Shown here in pieces: positions 9,965 through 18,267 of a stretch of DNA of 41,207 bases. The stretch is from Spirochaetota bacterium. GTDB taxonomy: Bacteria; Spirochaetota; UBA4802; UBA5550. The stretch spans positions 1-41,207 of the forward strand of contig JBNKTL010000047.1 in assembly GCA_050298055.1 (NCBI GenBank), read 5' to 3'. Under the pieces are notes generated by a model. That model did not search any database, was not told where the DNA came from, and worked only from the letters and a program-made list of their open reading frames with translations. Position numbers and translations under genes: made by a program. How positions within the stretch are numbered: the first letter of the stretch is position 1; every line of letters begins with the position of its first letter.

Positions 9965-10147
9965 TTATAGTAACAATTTTTTATATATGTATCCGATCTG
10001 GGTTGAATCAACATCGTATTTAAGCGCAATATCCAGCCATGTTTCTCCGTTAAGAAGCATTTTAACTATTCCTTCGATAGTTTCAGCTGATAGATTCTTT
10101 ATGACTTCATCATTTACTGTTTTCATTGCATCTTGTGTTGATATCAT
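9965..10147 (-). CDS. Small HTH-like protein (60 aa), probably co-transcribed with HDOD gene
   Basis: GETWLDIALKYDVDSTQIGYIYK has an HTH-like pattern; 5-bp gap to the HDOD start; promoter-like TTGATT-N18-TATTAT just upstream. Confidence 0.6.
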   Translation of the reverse strand: MISTQDAMKTVNDEVIKNLSAETIEGIVKMLLNGETWLDIALKYDVDSTQIGYIYKKLLL

Positions 10148-10192
10148 TATAGAACATAATATACATATAACGGAAAATTAATCAATACGAAA

Positions 10193-10242
10193 GTAATGAA
10201 CGCTACGTAGAGTGTAATGAAAGCTACAGGGAGTGTAATGAA
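10193..10242. promoter_or_regulatory. Three direct repeats with 21-bp period, putative LytTR binding site
   Basis: GTAATGAA at 10193, 10214 and 10235 with partly conserved spacers (gctac...gagt); in the divergent region next to a LytTR regulator. Confidence 0.72.
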
Positions 10243-10482
10243 TGACATTTTAAATATTTTCTCTTGACAATTATTATTGTTGTGTAAATAATTTTATTAC
10301 CTGTAGAGATGTTTGTTCTTATATTTAATATACATCTTTTCTTTCAGGTCTTGAATAAACATAGGGAGACCTCTATAAATTAATTTAATAATCTTCCCTC
10401 TGAGTAGATGTTTTATTCAACAAGGAAGAAAATTAAGTTTTTTCAGGTACCCATAATTAATATGATAGGTAGTTTTTGAAAT

Positions 10483-11223
10483 ATGACAGCAAAAAGCAGC
10501 TATTCAGTACTTATTGCGGAAGATGAACTGCCTTCCAGGGAGCTTCTGGTTGAGTATCTCATAAAAAGGCCTGAACTCAGACTTGAGGGTATTGCCAAAA
10601 ATGGGGAGGAGGCCCTGGAGAAACTCAGGGAAAAAAGATACCAGATGCTTTTCCTCGATATTAATCTTCCCGTGATGACCGGCATTGAAGTCCTTGAAAA
10701 ACTGGATGAAATTCCCTACCTGATCTTCACAACTGCTTATGACAAATACGCAATCAAGGCTTTTGAACTTGGCGCAGTTGATTACCTTTTGAAGCCATTT
10801 ACACAGGACAGGTTTAACCAAGCCGTAGATAAAGCCCTTACTGCCATAAACAGCAATAAAAAGAACCTGGAATCCGCGGAATCTCTCGGCTTTTCATTTA
10901 AAGAGGGAGAAAACTACTATATTGTCCCCTATGAGGATATTATCTATATCTCCTCATCGGGCCGGCATACGGTAGTGCATACCGAGGAGAAGGATTTTGA
11001 GATATCCGGACTTTTAAAAGATCTCGAGGTAAAGCTTTCTGCTTACGGATCAAATAACTTTTTAAGGGTACACAAGCAATTTATTGTTAATATCAGGTTT
11101 GTGGCGCGATACCAGTATATACTGGGCGGTCAGTATGAAATTTACCTTAAGGATAGTGATGAAACGGCACTTCCTGTTGGAAGAAAATATGCAGTCCCCC
11201 TGAAGGAAAAACTGAAGTTTTGA
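10483..11223 (+). CDS. LytTR-family response regulator
   Basis: REC (AEDE, FLDINLP, FTTAY, DYLLKP) plus LytTR domain (FLRVHKQFIVN, LPVGRKY). Confidence 0.96.
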   Translation: MTAKSSYSVLIAEDELPSRELLVEYLIKRPELRLEGIAKNGEEALEKLREKRYQMLFLDINLPVMTGIEVLEKLDEIPYLIFTTAYDKYAIKAFELGAVDYLLKPFTQDRFNQAVDKALTAINSNKKNLESAESLGFSFKEGENYYIVPYEDIIYISSSGRHTVVHTEEKDFEISGLLKDLEVKLSAYGSNNFLRVHKQFIVNIRFVARYQYILGGQYEIYLKDSDETALPVGRKYAVPLKEKLKF

Positions 11224-11277
11224 AAAGACCGGTATTAAAGCCTATGAGAAAAGAGATTACAGTCGTGTATATCCCGC

Positions 11278-11391
11278 ATGAAAAAGATCCTGCTTATTGA
11301 TCCGGATAACAGAATTGCAGATATATATCTTCCCCGATCGGTCAATAGGAAAAAAGCACTTGAAAGCCTTAAAGAGAAGTATCTGAAATGA
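11278..11391 (+). pseudogene. 37-aa ORF resembling an internally deleted receiver-domain N-terminus
   Basis: MKKILLIDPDNRIADIYLPRSVNRKKALESLKEKYLK. The start resembles REC beta1/alpha1, and KKALESLKEKY resembles EEALEKLREKRY of the neighbouring regulator. Confidence 0.35.
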
Positions 11392-11473
11392 GTTTCAAGT
11401 GTATCATAGATCGATTTTTATTTGTATCAATTCAATAAAGTAGACAGAGAGTACGAATTATTTAGATAAGCCC

Positions 11474-14400
11474 ATGTCTTTAAAAGTGAAAAAACTGTTT
11501 TTAAGAAGTTTGATTTTCCTTATCCTGCTCCCGGTAATGGACCGGCCCCTGTTTTCATCGAATTATATTCAGATTAACGAGATTAAAGGTATGTTCTCCC
11601 TGGTCTCCTTTATGGAAGTCCTGGAGGACAAAAAAGGAGAGTATACAGTTGATGATGTGAGAGATGAAAGGCTGTCAAAAAAATTCTCCCGGTTGGACTT
11701 TGAAAAGCTTAATTTTGGATTCTCATCGTCGGCTTTTTGGATCAGGTTTAAACTGAAAAACAATTATTACCTGGACAGGGACCTGTACCTTACAACGGGA
11801 TTTCCTGTTATCACTGAAGCTTCTCTCGCAATATATGATTCCCTGGGAAAATTTCTGGAAAAGGAACTCTTTCTGTCAAAATCCTTCGAAAACAGGGATA
11901 TAGATTACAGAAGCTTTATATTTAACCTTAATATTAAAAAACCTGATACCTATACATGTTACCTGAGGTTAAAGTCAGATTATACCATAGTGATTATTCC
12001 GGGCCTTATGTGGGATTCTTATTTTCACAGGAATGCACGCCTGGAAAACATATTTTATGGTGTCCTGGCCGGGTTGCTGCTTATTATTATGATCTATAGC
12101 ATCGTTCAGGCCTATTACCTGAAGGACTTTGATTATATCTATTTTGTTTTTTATCTCCTCGGTTTCGGTTTTTATGATATTACCTATACCGGTCTCGGGT
12201 TTGAATATATTTGGCCCCAATCTCCCGGCCTGAATAACATTTTCCAGTCCTTCTTTATTTACTTTCCCACGGTATGGGGGGGGCTGTTTGCAAGCAGGTT
12301 TTTACAGGTTGATAAGTTCTATTCATTTCTGGGAAAGATCTTCCTTATCCTGGTTTTTCTCGGTACCCTTCTTGCAGGGGTTTCTCTGGTCTATAATAAT
12401 CAGGTCATGATATTAATCGGACTTCTTATTGTCATTATAGTGGTTTTCTGTATCATTGCGGCATCACTGTTGATGTGGACCAGGGAGAGTAAGACTGCAA
12501 AGTATTTTTTTATTGGAGTTAATTTTCTCCTTATTGGAATTATTCTCTATCATTTGAGAAATTTCGGGATTTTGTCAAATAATTTCATTACGGACCATGG
12601 AGTCGAAATCGGATCAATCCTGATGATTACCACAATATCCATCGCTTTTTCCGAGAGATATAACCTGATAAGAACCGAGCACCTCAAGGTACAGGAACAG
12701 CTTCTTGATACCCACAGGTCTGCGGTAAAGTTCCTTGAGAAGGTTGACAGGATAAAAACAGATTTCCTTATAAACTCATCAAAGGACATAAGAACACCTG
12801 TGGAGGATATAATAAAGATTACAGGTTCCCTGGAGAAAGACTCTTCCGGAATTCTCAGTGGCGATGCTGTCAGCAAAATCCAGATGATTTCAACAAAGGG
12901 GCGTAACCTGCTTAACCAGATCGATGAAATCGTTAATTATTCCACCATGAGGGTTTCAGATATAAAGCTCCATAGAAAGAATATTGATTTAAAGGAACTT
13001 TCCACCATGATCATCTTCTTTTCCCGGGCGCAGATTACCGGCAGGGATATCCAGTTTGTTAATGAAATTCCCGACGATCTGCCTCCTGTGTATGGTGATG
13101 AAAACCGGCTTATGCAGATATTCTTCAACCTTATCGATAATGCATTGAAATATACACAGGGCGGAAAGATCACTCTTTTTGCCGAACTTCAGGATGAACA
13201 GGCAGTGGTAATAATCAGCGACAGGGAGACGGATATCCCTGAAGAGGAACTTGTTAAGATCTTTGAAGATTATCACCATACGGACAATCTTCCCATACAG
13301 GTTGTGGACGGCAGGGGTTTTGATCTTGCGGTGACGAGGAAACTGGTGGAGCTGCATGGGGGAACGCTTAAAGTTGAATCGGGGAAAAGCAGGGGGACGA
13401 AATTTATATTCAGTTGTCCCCTCTATTTGGAACAAGTGAACGATTATTCCGGTACCGATGAAAATGATGACGGTTCTTCAATAAAGCCGGGGACGGTTGT
13501 ATCCACTGATCATTCAATAAACCAGAACCTTGCCGGTTTTGACCCGGATTCTACCCTGAATGATAAATACACGATTCTCGTGGTTGATGATGAACCGGTG
13601 AATGTTCAGGTGCTTGTGAGCCATCTTTCTCTTGTGGGTTATAATGTCATTACGGCATCTGATGGTTACAGGGCAATAGAGATTGTGGAGAGCAGGGACA
13701 AACCGGACCTGGTACTGCTTGACGCCATGCTCCCCTGGCTTTCCGGTTATGAGGTCTGCAGAAAATTGAGGGAGAAACATTCACTCTACAGCCTTCCCGT
13801 GATTATGCTTACTGTAAAGAACCAGATGAAGGATATGGTTGCCGGGTTTGAGGCCGGGGCAAATGATTATCTGACAAAACCCTTTGACAAAATGGAGCTC
13901 CTTGCCCGGGTTGCAACACTTCTTACCCTCAGGAGAATTGTTTTCAGGTATGAAGAACTGAGATTCAGGGAACTTCAGAAACGGATGAACCCGCACTTTC
14001 TTTTCAATGCGCTTCATTCAATACACTCGCTTCTGTCTAACAAACCGGAACTTGCCGACAGGGGTGTCATTATGCTTGCGGATATCTACCGCTTTCTTAT
14101 GGACAGGTCTTTTGATAAACATATTCCCCTGGAGATGGAATGGAAGTTCGTAGAGAATTACCTGGAAATGGAAAAACTGAGGTTTCCGGACACACTCTCG
14201 TATGATATGGAAAAGAGAGGTGATTTCCAGGACGTGAGCATTCCTCCCCTTATTATTCAACCCCTGGTTGAAAATTCCATTAAGCATGGAATAAGAAATA
14301 AGCCTGGTCCCGGTTATATAAGTGTTAACGCGGAAAGGAGTGACGACTGGATCAGGATCAGGGTAAAGGACAACGGTGTGGGCCTAAAAAAGAATGATGT

Positions 14401-14527
14401 TTATACAAGAACCGTGGGGAATATCAGGAACAGGCTTCAATACTATTTCAGTGAATCGGGGCTTACCCTTGAGAACAACCAGGAAGCAGGTGCTGTGGCA
14501 AATATCTTTTTTAAGCTCGATACATGA
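11474..14527 (+). CDS. 7TM-DISM hybrid sensor kinase: DISMED2-7TM-degenerate HisKA/HATPase-REC-LytS-type His_kinase/HATPase
   Basis: LNFGFSSSAFWIRF (DISMED2-like), 7 TM segments, NSSKDIRTP (H-box lacking His), intact REC (VVDDEP, LLDAMLP, DYLTKP), MNPHFLFNAL, PLVENSIKHG, KDNGVG. Confidence 0.9.
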   Translation: MSLKVKKLFLRSLIFLILLPVMDRPLFSSNYIQINEIKGMFSLVSFMEVLEDKKGEYTVDDVRDERLSKKFSRLDFEKLNFGFSSSAFWIRFKLKNNYYLDRDLYLTTGFPVITEASLAIYDSLGKFLEKELFLSKSFENRDIDYRSFIFNLNIKKPDTYTCYLRLKSDYTIVIIPGLMWDSYFHRNARLENIFYGVLAGLLLIIMIYSIVQAYYLKDFDYIYFVFYLLGFGFYDITYTGLGFEYIWPQSPGLNNIFQSFFIYFPTVWGGLFASRFLQVDKFYSFLGKIFLILVFLGTLLAGVSLVYNNQVMILIGLLIVIIVVFCIIAASLLMWTRESKTAKYFFIGVNFLLIGIILYHLRNFGILSNNFITDHGVEIGSILMITTISIAFSERYNLIRTEHLKVQEQLLDTHRSAVKFLEKVDRIKTDFLINSSKDIRTPVEDIIKITGSLEKDSSGILSGDAVSKIQMISTKGRNLLNQIDEIVNYSTMRVSDIKLHRKNIDLKELSTMIIFFSRAQITGRDIQFVNEIPDDLPPVYGDENRLMQIFFNLIDNALKYTQGGKITLFAELQDEQAVVIISDRETDIPEEELVKIFEDYHHTDNLPIQVVDGRGFDLAVTRKLVELHGGTLKVESGKSRGTKFIFSCPLYLEQVNDYSGTDENDDGSSIKPGTVVSTDHSINQNLAGFDPDSTLNDKYTILVVDDEPVNVQVLVSHLSLVGYNVITASDGYRAIEIVESRDKPDLVLLDAMLPWLSGYEVCRKLREKHSLYSLPVIMLTVKNQMKDMVAGFEAGANDYLTKPFDKMELLARVATLLTLRRIVFRYEELRFRELQKRMNPHFLFNALHSIHSLLSNKPELADRGVIMLADIYRFLMDRSFDKHIPLEMEWKFVENYLEMEKLRFPDTLSYDMEKRGDFQDVSIPPLIIQPLVENSIKHGIRNKPGPGYISVNAERSDDWIRIRVKDNGVGLKKNDVYTRTVGNIRNRLQYYFSESGLTLENNQEAGAVANIFFKLDT

Positions 14528-14819
14528 CTATCTGTCGAAAATGAGAAGGGAATTGTCATGTTGACACTGCACAGGTATCTCACTGCCGATTATTATAAAG
14601 ATGCGAATAACAGGTACTGGGAGATCAAACTCTCTAAAGACTGAATATTTTTTATTGATCCTCCGAAAAAACTTGATAAAATTTGAGGCATCAAATATAC
14701 TCTTTCTGTTTTATTATGGAAATATCACTGGTTTTATGCTATTATATTTTCTAATTCCTTATCAGAGGTAACTACTTTGCTGTATAGTAAAAATATACAT
14801 ATTTAATAAAATAACAGCC

Positions 14820-14854
14820 ATGTGTCCCCGCCGCCGAAGGCGGCGGGGACACAT
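14820..14854. repeat. Perfect 16-bp GC-rich hairpin (REP-like)
   Basis: atgtgtccccgccgcc-gaa-ggcggcggggacacat in an AT-rich intergenic region with no U-tract; related to 24512-24545. Confidence 0.7.
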
Positions 14855-14960
14855 CAGTTATCTTTTATTCATTAACATATCTATTTTTATACAGAGCTGA
14901 GTAGTAACTATCGGAGAAACAGTATATGAGCTATTATAGATCCCGGGAGGAAGTTTTGTT

Positions 14961-15749
14961 ATGATACGAAAACTGTCAAAACCGATGTCCCGACTGAAAA
15001 AGAAGCTTCTGATATATTTTATACTTATCGCAATTGTCTCCATATCAGTTAGCGCGGAAATTATTCTTGAAGTCAGTTCAAGAAGATTTAAGAACAGCAT
15101 CAGCAATAATTTTATCAGCCAGGTTGAAAATAATCTGGGGAAAAAATACGTTGATAAAATAAGTAAACATATAGATTCCGATGCTATTTTTACTCCCATC
15201 TACGACCTGAGAAACAGGATGATTCTTTTCCTGATGGTTGTCTCCGCCAGTATCATCGGGGCATTTTACATGTTTACAAAGGATATTATATCACCAATGG
15301 ACGGGATAGTTAAGGCAACAAAGAAGATCGCGAAGGGTGACCTGACGGTATCGGTCCCGGTCATGTCAGAGGATGAGATAGGACAGATCGCGGGACTGAT
15401 CAATGACATGAACCTCAACCTCCAGGACATGATCTTTCAGGTAAAACAGGAAGTTGCAAGGTATAAGGACAAGATAGAGATAGCAACACACAGGATTTCC
15501 GCGCTGGTTAACAATGAGGTCAGGGATGAGGTCATGGAAACAAGGAAGATGAAGGTATCGGATTTTAAGAGAATGGTGACAATAGGGAAGGAGGTGGTAG
15601 GTCTTCTTGAATATATGTCAAATGATCTCTCATCACTGCAGACTTTCATCAATATGTATAAAACCTATAAGATCAACTCCGAGATTTCACAGAACGAAAT
15701 TGAGGAAGCATTGAGAAACTTTTCACTGGAAGCAACGGACCGGGAATAG
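14961..15749 (+). CDS. Two-TM HAMP-domain protein with truncated chemoreceptor-like cytoplasmic hairpin (copy A)
   Basis: TM1, ~50-aa external loop, TM2, HAMP (ISPMDGIVKATKKIAKGDLTVSVPVMSEDEIGQIAGLINDM), short coiled coil; no kinase or MCP tip motif. Confidence 0.85.
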   Translation: MIRKLSKPMSRLKKKLLIYFILIAIVSISVSAEIILEVSSRRFKNSISNNFISQVENNLGKKYVDKISKHIDSDAIFTPIYDLRNRMILFLMVVSASIIGAFYMFTKDIISPMDGIVKATKKIAKGDLTVSVPVMSEDEIGQIAGLINDMNLNLQDMIFQVKQEVARYKDKIEIATHRISALVNNEVRDEVMETRKMKVSDFKRMVTIGKEVVGLLEYMSNDLSSLQTFINMYKTYKINSEISQNEIEEALRNFSLEATDRE

Positions 15750-15759
15750 CGGAAAAGTT

Positions 15760-16533
15760 ATGAGCTTTGAATACTGGTACATGTTTCCCGTCTCAATTGT
15801 TATTGCGATACTGGCAAATTCTTCCGGTTTCTCGGGAGGAGTCCTTTTTCAGCCTATCTACAACCTTTTTATGAACATCCCCATACAGAACGCGGTGGCA
15901 ACCGGAATCGCCACGGAAACCGTTGGTATGACAAGCGGCGCAATCAGGTATCTTCTTTACAGGATGGCGGAGCTTCCGATATTTTTTACAATGATCATGC
16001 TGACAATCCCGGGTGTTGTGGTTGGCAACCATGCGCTCATGGTGGTTAACGCGGACCTGCTCAAGTTGATTCTCGGAGTCATTATCCTGGGAATCGCAAC
16101 CATGCAGCTTGTCAATGCCATACGAAAAACATTCGGTACCCGTGAGAATATTCCCATAGAAGATATCTACAGGTTTATGTGGGTCCCTCCCCTGGGCGGA
16201 TTTTTTTCCGCCACAACCGGTACCGGGATTTGTGAGCTGGCCCAGCCTGTTCTGGAAAAGGGGCTGGATATAAAGACCAAGAGGGCTAACGCAACGGCTA
16301 TTCTCCTTGAGGCAACAGCGGACTGGGTCATTACTATCCTGAACCTGCACGCGGGGCTGATCCTCTGGGAACTCTGGATTTTTACCGGTGCCGGAGTTAT
16401 CATTGGAGGGCAGATAGGCCCCTATGTCTCAAAATTCCTTCCCGACAGGATCGTAAAGGTTGTTTTTTCCATAGCGGTTGTGATAATCGGAATTTTCTAT
16501 GTTGTCAAGGGAGTGAAATGGCTCATGGGCTGA
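15760..16533 (+). CDS. TauE/SafE-family (TSUP) membrane protein (copy A)
   Basis: About 8 TM segments, NSSGFSGGVLFQP, AVATG, GVIIGGQIGP; 10 bp after HAMP copy A. Confidence 0.85.
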   Translation: MSFEYWYMFPVSIVIAILANSSGFSGGVLFQPIYNLFMNIPIQNAVATGIATETVGMTSGAIRYLLYRMAELPIFFTMIMLTIPGVVVGNHALMVVNADLLKLILGVIILGIATMQLVNAIRKTFGTRENIPIEDIYRFMWVPPLGGFFSATTGTGICELAQPVLEKGLDIKTKRANATAILLEATADWVITILNLHAGLILWELWIFTGAGVIIGGQIGPYVSKFLPDRIVKVVFSIAVVIIGIFYVVKGVKWLMG

Positions 16534-16537
16534 CCCT

Positions 16538-17308
16538 TTAAAGGGATTTGTAAATCAGGTGAATGCCCATGAGAAGAAGCAGGAAAATAAATATTTCCTT
16601 GAGCCGTGTATCATCGAAGTGATTGGAAAGTGCCGGGCCCAGTTGTCCCCCGATAAATACCCCGATCCAGCTGAAGATGAGTATTTGAATCATATTCGGA
16701 GTAAACTGGTACTCCGAGAATGTTAAGTGAAAAACAGATCCCATGAGCGCAATAGAAAAGTTTAATAAAAGGTTGGTCCCGACCGAATACTTCATGGGAA
16801 TTTTCATCTTACCCCTCATGACCGGTATCAGGAAGTCGCCGATACCGATGGAGAGGAGGCCGCAAATCCATCCTAATAATGGACTCTGGATCTTCAGCCA
16901 GAGGGGCGGGGGAGTTAAACGGTTCACCGTGAGAGTTGAATCATACTTTTCAGTCTGTACGGTAAAAAATATTGAAACGGCAATACTCACTATACCCAGG
17001 ATCCCTTTAAGCATATTCGGATTTGCAACCCTTTGATTCAGGTAAGCGCCGGCAGTAACACCTACGGCAATAAGGGGGAGCAGGCTGGTCACGATTTTCC
17101 AGAATATATTTTTTTGGCGGATATTTGAAAACGTTGCCGAGCCCATGCCCACGAACTGAATAAGGAATGAGAACATAATGGCTTTTTGCGGGGCGAATCC
17201 CTGGAAAAGGATAAAATAAGGGGCCCAGAGTAACCCTCCGCCGATGCCAATGAGTGAGGCAAATGTAGCAATGGCCATTCCTATGGGAATGAGTATCAGG
17301 TTTTCCAT
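16538..17308 (-). CDS. TauE/SafE-family (TSUP) membrane protein (copy B)
   Basis: SLIGIGGGLLWAP, GLLSIGIGDFLIP, SVGT, GVFIGGQLGP; convergent with copy A across a 4-bp gap. Confidence 0.88.
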   Translation of the reverse strand: MENLILIPIGMAIATFASLIGIGGGLLWAPYFILFQGFAPQKAIMFSFLIQFVGMGSATFSNIRQKNIFWKIVTSLLPLIAVGVTAGAYLNQRVANPNMLKGILGIVSIAVSIFFTVQTEKYDSTLTVNRLTPPPLWLKIQSPLLGWICGLLSIGIGDFLIPVMRGKMKIPMKYSVGTNLLLNFSIALMGSVFHLTFSEYQFTPNMIQILIFSWIGVFIGGQLGPALSNHFDDTRLKEIFIFLLLLMGIHLIYKSL

Positions 17309-17344
17309 AATACAAAAAGGACTTGTTCTGACCTATGAATAAAT

Positions 17345-17998
17345 TCAGTCTTCAATATTTTTTTTTATTCCGTCTATAGTATAGAGTACAAAGTTATCCT
17401 TCAGAAGTTCCAGTTTCTTGATATTTTTTTCAAGGAGAATAATATTGAGTTTAACCGTGGAAAGCCTTACCGGTTTTTCCGCTATATCATTTCTGAATGT
17501 GTCCATGGCGGAATCAAGGTCAAAAACCATCCGCTCCAGTTGCGCGATGACCTCCTGGAGGTTGATTGAAAGGTCGTTGATAAGCTTTCCCAGCATGGCG
17601 ATCTCATCACCGGTTTTTACGTTGATCCGGATTCTCAAATCACCCTCGGCCATTTTTTCCGCCTGGTTGATCATATACTGCATGGGAGACGCGATTTGCC
17701 ATACAAAGAGAAAAAGTACTACTGCTGAGACGATAATGAGGATAAGTGTCATTATTACAAATTTCCAGGAGAGGCTGTCGAGTATGGTGTAGATATGACT
17801 GACTGTTTCCTTTCCTTCTTTTATGACTGACACGACCTTTGTGACTTTTTCCCTGTAAGCGGAACTTCTGATTTCCCAGAGGAATTCTCCCGCTACCAGG
17901 ACATTGGCTATTGCAATCAGGAGAAAATAGAATATCATCCTTTTTCTCAGACTGGATTTTTTTGATTCACTATTACCGGATACTTTCATTTTGTTCAT
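17345..17998 (-). CDS. Two-TM HAMP-domain protein with truncated chemoreceptor-like cytoplasmic hairpin (copy B)
   Basis: SLRKRMIFYFLLIAIANVLVAGE parallels RLKKKLLIYFILIAIVSISVSAE of copy A; HAMP IASPMQYMINQAEKMAEGDLRIRINVKTGDEIAMLGKLINDL. Confidence 0.85.
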   Translation of the reverse strand: MNKMKVSGNSESKKSSLRKRMIFYFLLIAIANVLVAGEFLWEIRSSAYREKVTKVVSVIKEGKETVSHIYTILDSLSWKFVIMTLILIIVSAVVLFLFVWQIASPMQYMINQAEKMAEGDLRIRINVKTGDEIAMLGKLINDLSINLQEVIAQLERMVFDLDSAMDTFRNDIAEKPVRLSTVKLNIILLEKNIKKLELLKDNFVLYTIDGIKKNIED

Positions 17999-18267
17999 TA
18001 CTTAAAAAAGATGCCCGGATAGGGCAGATTGTTCAGCATATATCATATATGAACATTAAAAGGTGATTGTGTCAATTCTTTAAATTATGGATATATTTGT
18101 AAATCGGTTTTTCCCCTGTTATAAAAAGAGGTGAAAAACAGTCCGACTTTTTTTTATCCTTCATTTTATTTATCTTGACTTGAGGAATTTTTAATATAAT
18201 CTTAATTCAGTTTTATAACAGGGAGTACGATATTTCAATTATGAGAAATTTTTTTCAGGATTGATAC

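Noticed and set aside
10193..10242. Repeats as a mini-CRISPR array
   Set aside because: The 21-bp period with an 8-bp core is far too short, the spacers resemble each other, and there are no cas genes.
11417..11438. Partial third match to the GntR operator (tatttgtatcaa)
   Set aside because: Only 12 contiguous AT-rich bases match, and in the opposite orientation relative to the downstream gene.
14525..14644. Open frame continuing after the kinase TGA (LSVENEKGIVMLTL...), possible Sec/read-through or 28-aa sORF at 14558
   Set aside because: The kinase domain is already complete, the position is not a Cys site and no convincing SECIS was seen; 39 open codons can occur by chance.
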